Below are positions 20,076-31,147 of a DNA stretch of 64,000 nucleotides, piece by piece. Origin of the DNA: Campylobacterales bacterium. GTDB taxonomy: Bacteria > Campylobacterota > Campylobacteria > Campylobacterales > Sulfurimonadaceae. The stretch is from assembly GCA_038205935.1 (NCBI GenBank), contig JBBRBK010000003.1, positions 37,742 to 101,741 of the forward strand, in the 5' to 3' direction. The notes under the pieces were generated by a model. It was not told the DNA's origin. It saw only the letters and a list, made by a program, of their open reading frames with translations, and searched no databases. The position numbers and the translations under genes were made by a program. Every line of letters starts with the position of its first letter. Within the stretch, counting starts at the first letter, position 1.

Positions 20076-20825
20076 ATGCAAGTCAATGGTTCTAGCAGTA
20101 ATTCGCTTTCTTATATCAACGAACATAAAAAGAGTGCTGATGCATCTCTTAGTAAAATAGCTTCAGGTAAAAATGAACAGCTTGATGACGCCACCTTGGC
20201 GCTTATCGCCTCTTCAATAGGAAATGATATTGGGACACTTTCCCAAGGTTTACAAAATGCAACAGATGCCTCGTCAATGATGCAAATAGCAGATGGCGCA
20301 CTCCAGAGTCTTTCAAGCAGCGCAAATGATCTGAACACTCTTTCTGTTGCATCTAATAATGCGGCTCTTTCATCAAGTGACAAAGCTACGCTTAGCTCTC
20401 AAGCAGATGCCATTAAAGCAAGTATGCAAAATAGTGTCAATAACGCAACTTTTAATGGAGTGAAAATTTTCGGAAATGATATGCAGTTTTCTTTAGGAAA
20501 TAGTAGTTTATCTGCCAATATTGGGAGCGTGGATACAAGCTCTCTTAATATCTCCTCACAACAAAGTATTACTGATTTTATGAAGTCACTTCAAGATATT
20601 CAAAGTACGGTGGGGGCTACAAGTAATTCGCTCAGCAGTTCGACGAGTTCAATATTGACTCAGATAAGTTCACTCTCATCTGCTGCGTCTCAGATGAGTG
20701 ATGCAAATATTGCCAATGAAGCAAGTAACTTTTCGCAACAGAATATTTTACTGAATGCTTCATTGATGACACAAGCGCATAAAAATAGCATTAATGCAGC
20801 GATGGTATCGCAACTTTTAGGATAG
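20076..20825 (+). CDS. Minimal flagellin-like protein (FlaC-like)
   Basis: KIASG, QIADGAL, ATFNG, SDANIANE motifs; AAGGAG RBS before ATG 20076. Confidence 0.8.
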   Translation: MQVNGSSSNSLSYINEHKKSADASLSKIASGKNEQLDDATLALIASSIGNDIGTLSQGLQNATDASSMMQIADGALQSLSSSANDLNTLSVASNNAALSSSDKATLSSQADAIKASMQNSVNNATFNGVKIFGNDMQFSLGNSSLSANIGSVDTSSLNISSQQSITDFMKSLQDIQSTVGATSNSLSSSTSSILTQISSLSSAASQMSDANIANEASNFSQQNILLNASLMTQAHKNSINAAMVSQLLG

Positions 20826-20829
20826 GCTC

Positions 20830-22431
20830 TTAAGCCTCATCCTCGCTACGTAGCATTTTATCTTTTGCTTCGATACCAAGTAAACTCATACCCGTTTTTA
20901 AAGAAAGGGCAACTACTTCTAAAATCTTGAGTAGTTTCGCTTCTTCCTCATTTCCGATAATTCTACAATCATAATAAAACTTATGCAGTTTCGCAGCAAG
21001 TGATTTGAGATAATCAGTTAGCTTTTGAACTTGTCTTGAGCTAAATGCATCTTCTATGATTTCTGGTAATAAAAGTGCTTCAAATAGCAGTGAATCCGCG
21101 TCTGCACTCATATTTTTTAGAGGTGCATTATTTATCTCATCTGCACTCAGGAGACTTTTTTCAGCCATAGTTTTTATGCGTGCATGTGCATACTGGATAT
21201 AGTAAATAGGGTTTGAACTATCTTGCTTTTTAAACTCTTCAACATCAAATTCTAAAGCGGTATCACTTTTTTTAGAAGCAAATATAAATCGAAGCGCATC
21301 CGAACCAACCTCATCTACGATATCGCTCATAAGAATAACGTTACCGGCACGCTTACTCATCTTATATGGTTCGCCATCCTTAAGCAGACTTACCATCTGA
21401 GATAAAAGCACTTCAAGTTTTGAGCTGTCATAGCCCAAAAACTCAACAGCAGCTTTTACACGAGGAATATATCCGTGATGATCAGCGCCCCAGATATTGA
21501 TATAGTGATCATACCCTCTTTCAAACTTTTGGTTATGGTAGATAATATCACCAGCCAAATACGTTGGACGTCCATCTTCACGAACAACAACCCTATCATT
21601 ATCATCGCCTTTTAAAGAAGATGCAATAAAGATTTTTCCATCTTGATCATAAACGCCCTCAGCCATTTTAGACATCACTCTGTCCCAATCAGCATACAGT
21701 GAAGATTCATTGATGAAAGTGTCAAAGTGAATATTTGTAGCAGCTAAAGTATCTACTACCAGCTCCATAACGCTCTCTTTTGCCCAAAGAGCAAGTTCTC
21801 TTTGGCGAGAAACATCAGTTAATATCTCAATGCCGAATTTTACAACAGCTTTGGTAGTCAAATCTGTCATATATTCGCCACGGTAAAAGCTCTCTGGCCA
21901 TTCAACTTCTTGTTTTAAGATAGTTGCCCTACCCTCCAACTGAATGGAAAGTCCAAGAAGATCTATCTGGTTTCCGGCATCATTGACATAATACTCAGCG
22001 GTCATATCATAACCAAGATGACGTCCGAGACGTAAAAGTGTATCTCCATAAACAGCTCCGCGAGCGTGACCGATATGAAGTGGGCCAGTAGGGTTTGCAC
22101 TTACAAACTCTAAAAGTATTTTTTCACTTTTATTAGATTTACCAAACTCTTTTTTATTGTTAAGAACCCAAGAAGCGTATTCATCTAAAAAAGTTTCACT
22201 TAAACGGAAATTGATATATCCTTGTACGGATTCAACTGCGCTAAACATATCATCTTGTTCAAATGAAGTACTGAGTTCTTGTGCTATAACCATCGGTGAT
22301 TTACGGAGTTCTTTTGCCAGAGAAAAGGCAATAGGAGTAGAAAAATGCCCAAAACTTCTGTCTTTGGGCTTTTCTAAAACAACGTCTCGATCAAATCTTT
22401 CGCGTAAAAGCGATCCTACCCGTTGTTTCAA
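20830..22431 (-). CDS. argS: Arginine--tRNA ligase
   Basis: SANPTGPLHIGH, KMSKRAG, YIQYAHAR. Confidence 0.97.
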   Translation of the reverse strand: MKQRVGSLLRERFDRDVVLEKPKDRSFGHFSTPIAFSLAKELRKSPMVIAQELSTSFEQDDMFSAVESVQGYINFRLSETFLDEYASWVLNNKKEFGKSNKSEKILLEFVSANPTGPLHIGHARGAVYGDTLLRLGRHLGYDMTAEYYVNDAGNQIDLLGLSIQLEGRATILKQEVEWPESFYRGEYMTDLTTKAVVKFGIEILTDVSRQRELALWAKESVMELVVDTLAATNIHFDTFINESSLYADWDRVMSKMAEGVYDQDGKIFIASSLKGDDNDRVVVREDGRPTYLAGDIIYHNQKFERGYDHYINIWGADHHGYIPRVKAAVEFLGYDSSKLEVLLSQMVSLLKDGEPYKMSKRAGNVILMSDIVDEVGSDALRFIFASKKSDTALEFDVEEFKKQDSSNPIYYIQYAHARIKTMAEKSLLSADEINNAPLKNMSADADSLLFEALLLPEIIEDAFSSRQVQKLTDYLKSLAAKLHKFYYDCRIIGNEEEAKLLKILEVVALSLKTGMSLLGIEAKDKMLRSEDEA

Positions 22432-22434
22432 GTG

Positions 22435-22680
22435 TTACGCTTGTTTTGTTGTAGATGTTGAAGTATGTTCTTCTGTAGTTGAAGCTTTTTTATCTATTTC
22501 AGTGTTTTTAGGTTGCTCAGATGATGCATGCTCCTCTGGATTTGCCTCTTTCATTTCATCTTTGAAATTCTTGATACCTTTTCCTAAACCTTTAGCAAGC
22601 TCTGGAATTTTCTTACCACCAAATAAAATAACAACAACAAGAAGGATAATTAACCATTCTGATCCACTAGGTATGCCCAT
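22435..22680 (-). CDS. tatA: Twin-arginine translocase TatA
   Basis: [22 protein letters not shown]. Confidence 0.95.
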   Translation of the reverse strand: MGIPSGSEWLIILLVVVILFGGKKIPELAKGLGKGIKNFKDEMKEANPEEHASSEQPKNTEIDKKASTTEEHTSTSTTKQA

Positions 22681-22754
22681 GAGTTTCCTTTAATAAACAG
22701 CATCTCTGCCATTAGAATTTGCAAAAGTATATCTGCGTTTTGCTGTAGTTGCCC

Positions 22755-23381
22755 TTAGTTTTCCCAATCAATTATAAACTTGTTAATCTTTGAAGTTGGA
22801 ATTTTTAATCTTGCCGCTTTTGCAATTGTTGTAAGGTGTTTTGCCGCTTTTTCCAGATCATCATTCACAACAAAAAATTCATACTCAGATATGCGCTGAA
22901 CCTCACGTTTTGCCATTTGTATACGATTTTGTATGATCTCTTCGCTATCTGTTCCACGTAAGCGTAATCTATGTTCAAGCTCTTTTAAACTTGGTGTCGT
23001 AATAAATACAGATGTTGTAATATCTCCAAATCTATTTTTAACAGACATATTTCCCTGAACATCAATATCAAATACGACTAACTTTCCAGCCTTAAGTGCT
23101 TCTTTTACCGGTTTAACAGACGTACCGTAGTAGTTACCATGCACAAGAGCATATTCTAGGAACTGTTCTGCTTCTATATCTTTTTCGAATTCTTCTATTG
23201 ATACAAAATAGTAATCAACTCCATCTTTTTCACCTTCACGTATCGTTCTTGTCGTCGTTGAGATTGAAAAATAGTGTGCACCTATAACTTCAGAAACTCT
23301 CTTAATCAAAGAACTTTTTCCGGCTCCGCTTGGGCCTGAAAGTACTAAAATCGCTCCACTACTTGTCACTGTTATTTCCAA
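22755..23381 (-). CDS. gmk: Guanylate kinase
   Basis: SGPSGAGKS, GNYYGT, DIDVQG. Confidence 0.96.
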   Translation of the reverse strand: MEITVTSSGAILVLSGPSGAGKSSLIKRVSEVIGAHYFSISTTTRTIREGEKDGVDYYFVSIEEFEKDIEAEQFLEYALVHGNYYGTSVKPVKEALKAGKLVVFDIDVQGNMSVKNRFGDITTSVFITTPSLKELEHRLRLRGTDSEEIIQNRIQMAKREVQRISEYEFFVVNDDLEKAAKHLTTIAKAARLKIPTSKINKFIIDWEN

Positions 23382-24660
23382 AAGAGATATTTATACTAAC
23401 ATTCATCCCTTTAAGTGATGCAACCACATCTTCATTACTGAGTGCTTTTAGAAGAGTTTTTAAAGCTTCAATACCATCGGCTGTATTTGCTGATAGTTCT
23501 TCTTTAACCTGAGGAACTATCTCTTCACTAAATGTATCTTTAGCTTCATTGAAAATCTCTTCTTCTTCATCGAATATCAATTTATCTTCGCTTATATCTT
23601 CAACTTTTTCACCAAGCGCTATCTTTAAAGACTTTTCATCCAAAGTTGCGAACTCATCTAAGTCATCAAAACTTAGATCAATTTCTTGGTCCAAATCATC
23701 TTGGCTTAAAGTTCCAAGGGCACTTTCTATTTCATCTTCAAGTGTATCCAAATTAAAATCATCATCCTCAATAGAATCAAATTCGCTATCTTCAAGGATC
23801 ACTTTATCATCTACGGGAGTTGCTTGTGTTGTTTTAAGTTCGTCAAAATCTAAGTCATCTTCAAAAAGGAGTTTTTCTGGCTTTACACTTTCCATATCTG
23901 TTAACATGTCAAGATCATCGAAACTAAAATCATCTTCTAACTCATCTTCAGGGAGAGAATCTTTTTCTTTCACAGCATTGAAATCTTCAAGATTTATCTC
24001 ATGAGATTCGGCTAAAGATTTATCATTTTCAAATTCAAAATTATCAAGATCAAACTCGTCGTCCAAGTTTAATTCATCATCCTCTTTATCTGACTCTGCC
24101 TCGTCCAAAAGATTTTTAACCTCTTGAACCTCATCTTGATCAAGAATTGAGCCTATCTCATCATCGGCAAGATCAAGATTGTCCAAATCAAGATCATCTA
24201 AATTTAAATCAAAATCATCTAAATTGAGACCATCGTCTATATCAGAATCAGTCAGAACGTCATGATAAAGATCTTTATTTATATCGAAATCTTCTTCTGT
24301 TTCCACATGCTCAAGGCTTACTGGTTCATCTTTCATTTTTAAAACAGCAGTAGAAATTGAACTTAGCAACTCTACGAGATCTGTTGGTAAAAATGGTTTT
24401 TTAACTTCATGATCAAACTCATCAACACTTTGCGAACCGCGTGAAAGCATATAAAGAGAACGTTTATAGGAGATCTTTGATTTGAGTTCATCCATCAAGT
24501 CTGGAGTATATAAGGCTTCATCGATGATAAGAAGATCATACGAACCACCCAAAATCTCTTCCACATTGTTTACGATTAAAATTTCACTACCCGTTTTTTG
24601 TGCACTCAGAGTAACGAGCTTCGTAACAACTGGGTTGTCGTTTAAGAGTAAAATGTTCAT
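23359..24660 (-). CDS. Highly acidic protein with N-terminal receiver-like domain
   Basis: KKPFLPTD N-terminal domain; long D/E/L/F low-complexity region; C-terminal INISF. Confidence 0.75.
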   Translation of the reverse strand: MNILLLNDNPVVTKLVTLSAQKTGSEILIVNNVEEILGGSYDLLIIDEALYTPDLMDELKSKISYKRSLYMLSRGSQSVDEFDHEVKKPFLPTDLVELLSSISTAVLKMKDEPVSLEHVETEEDFDINKDLYHDVLTDSDIDDGLNLDDFDLNLDDLDLDNLDLADDEIGSILDQDEVQEVKNLLDEAESDKEDDELNLDDEFDLDNFEFENDKSLAESHEINLEDFNAVKEKDSLPEDELEDDFSFDDLDMLTDMESVKPEKLLFEDDLDFDELKTTQATPVDDKVILEDSEFDSIEDDDFNLDTLEDEIESALGTLSQDDLDQEIDLSFDDLDEFATLDEKSLKIALGEKVEDISEDKLIFDEEEEIFNEAKDTFSEEIVPQVKEELSANTADGIEALKTLLKALSNEDVVASLKGMNVSINISFGNNSDK

Positions 24661-24716
24661 AATTGCAGTGTCCTTGGATGATTGAATAGAATTTGACTTA
24701 TTGTATCAAAAAAATG

Positions 24717-25481
24717 TTAAAAAAGCTTTTCAAGCCAGTTAAATGCATCTTGCATCTGCCCTTGCAATATCAACATAGAGGATGCTAAAATCGCTATAAG
24801 AACTGCAAAAGAGATAATAATCTTAATTGGAAATCCAATAACCAAAAGGTTAAACTGTGGCATTGTTTTCATGAGCATCCCAAAGATAATATCAGCCATC
24901 CATGAAAGTGCAATAATAGGAAAAGCAATAGTAAAGCCTACGACAAACATATTTGCCGAAGCTTGTATCATATATGTAAAAAGAGATTTCGTCATAACAA
25001 AGCCACCAAGAGGAATATGGCTTAAAGAACTGTCAATAAATAAAAGCATCCAATGGTGAAGATTTAAAGAAAAAAGTACCATAAGCGCTATTAAAGATAA
25101 AAATTGGTTAATAATCGGCATAGAAATACCATTTTGCGGATCGATGGCACTTGCCATTGAAAAACCCATAGCAAAAGAGATAAGACCTCCAGCAAACGTA
25201 ATCACATTAAAAGCCAGCTGTAAGACCACGCCGATAACAAGTCCAAACATTATTTCGCTAACTATCGCTATGATGATATTGGGGAGATTTATTGCGAATG
25301 TAATAGGTTGCATAGAGGAGTAGAAAACAATTGTAAACAAAAAAGCCATGGCACTTTTTAGAACCATAGGAATACTTTGGTGAGAGAAAATTGGAACAGC
25401 TATAAAAAGTGAACCAAATCTAAAAAAAAGAAGTAAGAAACCAACAACATTTGTATCGGTAAATATTGTTGCATAATTCAT
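24717..25481 (-). CDS. fliR: Flagellar export protein FliR
   Basis: MGFSMASAIDP, PQFNLLVIGFPIKI. Confidence 0.93.
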   Translation of the reverse strand: MNYATIFTDTNVVGFLLLFFRFGSLFIAVPIFSHQSIPMVLKSAMAFLFTIVFYSSMQPITFAINLPNIIIAIVSEIMFGLVIGVVLQLAFNVITFAGGLISFAMGFSMASAIDPQNGISMPIINQFLSLIALMVLFSLNLHHWMLLFIDSSLSHIPLGGFVMTKSLFTYMIQASANMFVVGFTIAFPIIALSWMADIIFGMLMKTMPQFNLLVIGFPIKIIISFAVLIAILASSMLILQGQMQDAFNWLEKLF

Positions 25482-26125
25482 TATTTTACCTGAACGAGCT
25501 CTTTATTCTCTAAATGATAGATCTTATCACATCGATGTGCAAGAGCTTCATCATGAGTTACAAGAACTAGGGCAGCCCCGTTTTGTGTGATATATTCATC
25601 AAATATATTCATCACTTCACGTGCTGTCTTATTATCAAGATTTCCTGTCGGTTCATCTGCAAAGATGATGCGCGGTTTTTTTGTCAAAACTCTGGCGATA
25701 GAAACGCGTTGTTGCTGTCCGCCTGAGAGTTCGCTCACCTTTTGATGCATCACTTCAGCGATTCCAAGTCTTTTTAAGAGTTCATTATCGATCTCTTCGC
25801 GACTAAGCATCGATGCAACTTCAAGATTTTCCATTGCGCTAAATCCACGAAAGAGATAATGAGACTGGAAGATGATACCAAGATCATTACTTCTAAGATG
25901 TACCAACTCTTTCTCAGTTAAAGAGTTTAAATCTTTGCCTAAAATCTCTACACTTCCCTTTTTAGGTTTGAGTAGTGTTGAGAGTATATGTAAAAAAGTT
26001 GATTTTCCGCTTCCACTTACTCCGGTAATTGCGATTTTATCTCCTGCGCTTACATGTAAGGAGATATCCGAAAAAAGATCATATTCAAATGAGTGTGATA
26101 TTAAAGTTGCATTTAGTAAATTCAT
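25481..26125 (-). CDS. ABC transporter ATP-binding protein
   Basis: GVSGSGKS, LSGGQQQR, ADEPTGNLD. Confidence 0.92.
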   Translation of the reverse strand: MNLLNATLISHSFEYDLFSDISLHVSAGDKIAITGVSGSGKSTFLHILSTLLKPKKGSVEILGKDLNSLTEKELVHLRSNDLGIIFQSHYLFRGFSAMENLEVASMLSREEIDNELLKRLGIAEVMHQKVSELSGGQQQRVSIARVLTKKPRIIFADEPTGNLDNKTAREVMNIFDEYITQNGAALVLVTHDEALAHRCDKIYHLENKELVQVK

Positions 26126-26197
26126 GGAGCGGATTATAACAAAGTGAAGATAAAAGAAAGGGAATAAGAACTAAAAAGGATGGATAAGGGAAAACCC

Positions 26198-27265
26198 TTA
26201 TGCCATTTGTGCTGCGACTTCTGCTGCGAAATCGTCAACTTTTTTCTCTAAACCTTCACCTACTTCAAGACGGAAAAATGCAGAGATTGTAGCCGTTCCA
26301 CCAGCTGCTTTACCAGCCGCTTCAACAGCTTGTGCTACTGTAAATTTATCATCAAGAACATAGTTTTGATCTAAAAGTGCTAACTCTTTATCTAAGCTAG
26401 AGTTATCATCGATAAAACGAGCAAGTTGACCAGGAACGATTTTGTCCCAGATCTGCTCAGGTTTACCTTGTGATTTCAACTCAGCTTTGATAGCCGCTTC
26501 AGCCTCAGCTAAAACTTCTGGAGTCATTTGTGACATAGAGATATATTGAGGTATATTTTTCAAAGGCTTTTTCAAACGAGCAAGCTCTTCGTTCTCTTTT
26601 TTGATCACTTCAATACGTCCAATAGTTTCACTTTGAACGAAATCTGCATCAAAATCTTTGTAGCTAAGAGTTGTTGGCTTCATCGCAGATGCATGCATTG
26701 CAACGCTTTTAGCGATATCACTCATAGCTTTTGCAGTTTTTTCACTGTCACACTCAATAGCAACGATAACGCCAATACGAGTATTTGAGTGAACATAACC
26801 GTTTACGATAGTATTAGCATTACCAGTTAAAGTAGCCATACGACGTAATTCGATTTTTTCACCGATTTTTGCTACTGATTCATCAAATACAAGTGCAAAT
26901 GATTTACCATCTAGCTCAGTCTCGCGAAGAGCTGTAACAGTGTCACAGTTTTCTGTAAACGCTTGTGTTACTGACGCAGAAACAAGGTTTTTAAAACCAT
27001 CATTTTTAGCAACAAAGTCAGTTTCAGAGTTCACTTCAACTAAAGTAGCTTTTGAAAAATCATCAGCTATTTTAAGACCAATTGAACCCTCAGCAGCAAT
27101 GCGATCAGCTTTGTTAGCTGATTTAGCGATACCACGTTCACGAAGAAATTCAACTGCTTTATCAAAATCACCATCATTTTCTGTTAGTGCTTTTTTACAA
27201 TCCATCATTGGTGCATCAGTCGCTGAACGCAACTCTTTTACCATTGCTGCTGTGATTTCTGCCAT
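26198..27265 (-). CDS. tsf: Elongation factor Ts
   Basis: [23 protein letters not shown]. Confidence 0.98.
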   Translation of the reverse strand: MAEITAAMVKELRSATDAPMMDCKKALTENDGDFDKAVEFLRERGIAKSANKADRIAAEGSIGLKIADDFSKATLVEVNSETDFVAKNDGFKNLVSASVTQAFTENCDTVTALRETELDGKSFALVFDESVAKIGEKIELRRMATLTGNANTIVNGYVHSNTRIGVIVAIECDSEKTAKAMSDIAKSVAMHASAMKPTTLSYKDFDADFVQSETIGRIEVIKKENEELARLKKPLKNIPQYISMSQMTPEVLAEAEAAIKAELKSQGKPEQIWDKIVPGQLARFIDDNSSLDKELALLDQNYVLDDKFTVAQAVEAAGKAAGGTATISAFFRLEVGEGLEKKVDDFAAEVAAQMA

Positions 27266-27267
27266 AA

Positions 27268-28026
27268 TTATGCTTCCTCTGTTGCTGTTTCTTCTGCTTC
27301 TACTGCAGCTGTCATCTCTTCTTCAACATCAGTAGTTGAACCACCGTTTGCCAATGCTTTACCTTCATTGATAGCCTCAGCCATTTCATTACAGAAAAGT
27401 TGGATAGAACGGATAGCATCATCATTCCCAGGGATTGGGTAAGTGATAAGATCCGGATCACAGTTTGTATCAAGTGGAGCAACGATAGGAATGTTCAAAC
27501 AACGTGCTTCAAGAACCGCGATATGCTCTTTTGCAGCATCCATAACAAATAACATGTCAGGAAGTTTTTTCATATTACGGATACCACCAAAATAATCAGC
27601 AAGTTTCTCTTTTTGACGAGAAAGCATTAATGCTTCTTTTTTAGTTAATAGTCCCATTTGACCATTGTCTTCCATTTGCTCGATAGCTTCTAACTTACGG
27701 ATTGATTTTTGGATAGTATCAAAGTTTGTAAGCATACCACCTAACCAACGGTTTTCAACGTATGGCATACCACATTTGATTGCAGCTTCTTTTACAGTGT
27801 TACGAGCTTGTTTTTTTGTTCCAACGAAAAGAACAGTTTTGCCCTCAGCAGCAGCATCAACAACGATTTGGTATGTATTACGGAAATAACGTAATGTTTT
27901 TTGTAAATCGATAATATGGATGTTTTTACGCACACCGAAGATATATTTTTTCATCTTTGGATTCCAACGACGAGTTTGGTGTCCGAAGTGTACACCACAT
28001 TCTAATAGGTCTTTCATAGTTACCAT
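27268..28026 (-). CDS. rpsB: 30S ribosomal protein S2
   Basis: [24 protein letters not shown]. Confidence 0.99.
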   Translation of the reverse strand: MVTMKDLLECGVHFGHQTRRWNPKMKKYIFGVRKNIHIIDLQKTLRYFRNTYQIVVDAAAEGKTVLFVGTKKQARNTVKEAAIKCGMPYVENRWLGGMLTNFDTIQKSIRKLEAIEQMEDNGQMGLLTKKEALMLSRQKEKLADYFGGIRNMKKLPDMLFVMDAAKEHIAVLEARCLNIPIVAPLDTNCDPDLITYPIPGNDDAIRSIQLFCNEMAEAINEGKALANGGSTTDVEEEMTAAVEAEETATEEA

Positions 28027-28342
28027 TTAAGGTCCTTTAAAGGCTTTATGAGCCAGAAATTTTGTCAGTTCACTTGGGTATTACCAGACATCTTTTCCTA
28101 TTATTTCAGGAAGGATGCACCAACGTTTTGGCATATACTTGCAATGTTTTTCTCTTGTTTAAAGAAAAGAAAATCGTGGAATTATATATGAACTTAGTTT
28201 AAAAACGGCTGTTTTAATATTAAGTTTGTACTCATTATAAGACAATCGAATCTATGATAAAGGATTTTAAATTACTTTTTATAATATATTAGTTATTATG
28301 CACGCACAATAAATGTAATAAAAATGTGATAAGGGGATTTTA

Positions 28343-29959
28343 ATGATTAAAAAGACACTACTAGTTTCTTTAGCAGCAGCAACTCTACTTGTAAACAATG
28401 CAAATGCATCGACAATGCTTGAGCGCTTTGATGCTATGGAAAAAGAGATGAACGCGCTCAAAGCAGAGATCGCAGATCTCAAAGCAAAAGAGGCTACTTC
28501 TCCCTCAACTGCGAAAGCTTCCAAAATGGTAAGCGCAATAGATGATGACGATGACAAACCTGTCGTTAAAAAAGCGTCTTCTTCAGACGATGATGATGAA
28601 GAAGATGAAAAAGATGCCAAACCTTCAAAAAGTACAAAAAGTCCTACGAGTAAACTTGAAAGTAAAATTGCTGACATGCAAGATGATATCGATGATCTTA
28701 ATAAAAAGACAAACGGAAATCACCTGAAGTTCAATGTGGATTTTAGAACTGCTATTGAAAATATTGGTTACAAAATGGCAGATGGTTCAACAAAAGGAAA
28801 TGATGCTTATATGACGAACAGACTCTGGCTCGGAATGAGTTGGGCTGCAACAGATCATATAAGTTTTACTGGTCAACTAGCATACAACAAAGCTTATGGT
28901 GCGAGAAGCGGTGCAAATGCAACCAACTCTGGCTATGAAAATTTCGACTGGATTACAAATGAAAATGCTTACGATGATACATTAAGAGTGCGTTCTGCAT
29001 ACTTTTTCTATAAAAACAATACATTTTTAGGCCTCAATACGCCTTGGACATTTAGTTTAGGTCGCCGTCCTTCCACAAATGGTCACTTAGTAAATCTACG
29101 TGATAATGATCCTGAATCTTCACCGATGGGACATGCTATCAATGTTGAGTTTGATGGTCTCAGTTCAAAATTTGGACTAGAAAGAGTTACAGGCGTTCCT
29201 GGGATGTATGTGAAGTTTTGTGCTGGGCGTGGTGGAACAAATGCGCTTCCTAGATTTAACACTAGTACACCATACGCAAAAGATGTCAATAGTACCAATG
29301 ATATCGATTTAGCTGGACTAATCTTCGTTCCATATGACAATGGACACTATAAAGTGCAAAGTGAGGTTTATTATGCAAATAATCTTATAGATGCAAAAAG
29401 TTCTATTGACCCAAGCTTTAAAACTGTCGGTGGGCTTTACAGTGCAACAGCAAACTTTGTTATTAATGGTATCGGCAACGACTTGGGTGAATTCTGGGAT
29501 AATACGACTTTCTTTATCAGTGGCGCAGTTTCTCAAACAAACCCTAATGGTGGACAAAGTATGCTTGGAAGTACTGACGCAAAAACGGGTTACTCTGAAT
29601 GGGTTGGCGTACAGTTTCCATCACTTATCAGTAGAGAGGGAAGATGGGGCGTGGAATATAACCACGGTTCAAAATACTGGAGAAGTATCACTTATGGCGA
29701 AGACACAAATATCGGTTCAAAACTTGCAGCTCGCGGGAATGCATATGAAGCGTATTTTACTGAGCCTTTAGTTGATAATGTTCTTTCGTTCCAACTTCGT
29801 TATACATATATAAACTATGACTATACTGGAAGTAATGGATTCTTTGGAGATACAACAGGTACACCTTATACAATGAGTGAAGCTATCGCAGGTGGTAAGG
29901 GAAGTCAAGCTGTCAAAGAAGCTCAAGATATTCGCGCTTATCTAAGATACAAATTCTAA
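28343..29959 (+). CDS. DUF3373-like outer-membrane beta-barrel protein
   Basis: Signal peptide, coiled coil, GRRPST motif, C-terminal YLRYKF. Confidence 0.7.
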   Translation: MIKKTLLVSLAAATLLVNNANASTMLERFDAMEKEMNALKAEIADLKAKEATSPSTAKASKMVSAIDDDDDKPVVKKASSSDDDDEEDEKDAKPSKSTKSPTSKLESKIADMQDDIDDLNKKTNGNHLKFNVDFRTAIENIGYKMADGSTKGNDAYMTNRLWLGMSWAATDHISFTGQLAYNKAYGARSGANATNSGYENFDWITNENAYDDTLRVRSAYFFYKNNTFLGLNTPWTFSLGRRPSTNGHLVNLRDNDPESSPMGHAINVEFDGLSSKFGLERVTGVPGMYVKFCAGRGGTNALPRFNTSTPYAKDVNSTNDIDLAGLIFVPYDNGHYKVQSEVYYANNLIDAKSSIDPSFKTVGGLYSATANFVINGIGNDLGEFWDNTTFFISGAVSQTNPNGGQSMLGSTDAKTGYSEWVGVQFPSLISREGRWGVEYNHGSKYWRSITYGEDTNIGSKLAARGNAYEAYFTEPLVDNVLSFQLRYTYINYDYTGSNGFFGDTTGTPYTMSEAIAGGKGSQAVKEAQDIRAYLRYKF

Positions 29960-29986
29960 AAACTCAGTACATGTAAGCATTTAAAG

Positions 29987-30016
29987 CTTACATGCGAAGT
30001 GCCCTTTGGGGATAAA
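29987..30016 (+). mobile_element. 18-bp mini-element in palindrome (copy 3), next to an empty site at 29968
   Basis: CTTACAT[GCGAAGTGCCCTTTGGGG]ATAAA; insert 29994-30011. Confidence 0.7.
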
Positions 30017-30033
30017 ACACTTCGATCTAAAAA

Positions 30034-30537
30034 TTAAGCTCTTAACTCTTTTAATTTTTCTTTGACTTCATCTACATGTAAAGTCTCAATAGTTTCACCA
30101 TCTTTTTTACGTTTGACACGTACTTTTACATTGTTCCAAGCAGCGGCAATCCTACCTTCAGGTGAGATAATATAAGTCGTTCGCACTATTCCCATATACT
30201 CTTTTCCATAGTTTTTCTTCATCTGCCAGACACCATAGTCTTGCATCATTTTTGTTTCTTCATCGCTCAAAAGTGTAATATCAAGATCATACTTTTCTAT
30301 AAATTTTTGATGTTTCACCGTGGAGTCTGCACTTACACCTAAAACTATGGCATCAAGATCTGAGAAATCTACTACAGCATCTGTAAAATCGCAAGCCTCA
30401 GTCGTACATCCCGGAGTGTTATCTTTTGGATAAAAATACAAAATTATCCATTTGCCTTTGATATCTCGCAAACAGATCTCCACATCATCTTGATTTGGAA
30501 GACAAAATTCTGGCGCATTACTTCCTATTTCTAACAT
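30034..30537 (-). CDS. bcp: Peroxiredoxin BCP/PrxQ
   Basis: YFYPKDNTPGCTTEACDF. Confidence 0.93.
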   Translation of the reverse strand: MLEIGSNAPEFCLPNQDDVEICLRDIKGKWIILYFYPKDNTPGCTTEACDFTDAVVDFSDLDAIVLGVSADSTVKHQKFIEKYDLDITLLSDEETKMMQDYGVWQMKKNYGKEYMGIVRTTYIISPEGRIAAAWNNVKVRVKRKKDGETIETLHVDEVKEKLKELRA

Positions 30538-30538
30538 A

Positions 30539-31147
30539 TTATTTCTCCTCTATTTTCTTTCTTTTCTTAAAAATATATCCCACTATCAAAGCCACCATTG
30601 CTATGACAACAATAAATGTGATCTCTTTGAGATAGACTTCTATAAGTGCTTGATTTTTTCCAATGAAATATCCAAGTGCGATTAATATAACACTCCAAAC
30701 ACCCGCTCCTGCTCCCGTATAGATCAAAAAGAGCTTAAGATTCATCTTTGAGAGACCCGCAGGAATGGAGATAAGCTGGCGTATTCCAGGAATAAGTCTA
30801 CCTGTAAAAGTAGAAATATGCCCATGATTTTCGAAAAAATTATCCATTTTCACCAACGAATTTTGGCTTATAAAAAAATATTTTCCAAATCTATTTAAAA
30901 ATCTTCTTCCAACAAACATTGCAAGATAGTAGTTTATCAAAGCACCAAAAAGTGAACCAAAGATCGCTGCGATAAAAACAAGAGGCAGACTCATCTTCCC
31001 ATCTGCAATCAACATTCCAGCAGGAATAAGCACTATCTCACTTGGAAAAGGGATAAAAGAACTCTCAACGCACATAAGTAAAAAGATTCCTAAATATCCC
31101 CAATCAAAAACCGTTGCTAAAAGCCACTGAGAAAACTCTGCTAACAT
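30539..31147 (-). CDS. DedA family protein
   Basis: ESSFIPFPSE, GRLIPGIRQLISIPAG. Confidence 0.92.
   Translation of the reverse strand: MLAEFSQWLLATVFDWGYLGIFLLMCVESSFIPFPSEIVLIPAGMLIADGKMSLPLVFIAAIFGSLFGALINYYLAMFVGRRFLNRFGKYFFISQNSLVKMDNFFENHGHISTFTGRLIPGIRQLISIPAGLSKMNLKLFLIYTGAGAGVWSVILIALGYFIGKNQALIEVYLKEITFIVVIAMVALIVGYIFKKRKKIEEK

Noticed and set aside
23713..23727. CCAAGGGCACTTTC partial match to the element
   Set aside because: Short match with no TTACAT/GTAA flanks; probably chance.
22157..24004. Longer antisense ORFs (22157-22693, 23549-24004) and similar short ones elsewhere
   Set aside because: Shadow frames of well-supported genes.
13246..30016. Repeats as a CRISPR array
   Set aside because: Copies are dispersed over kilobases with no regular spacers and no cas genes.
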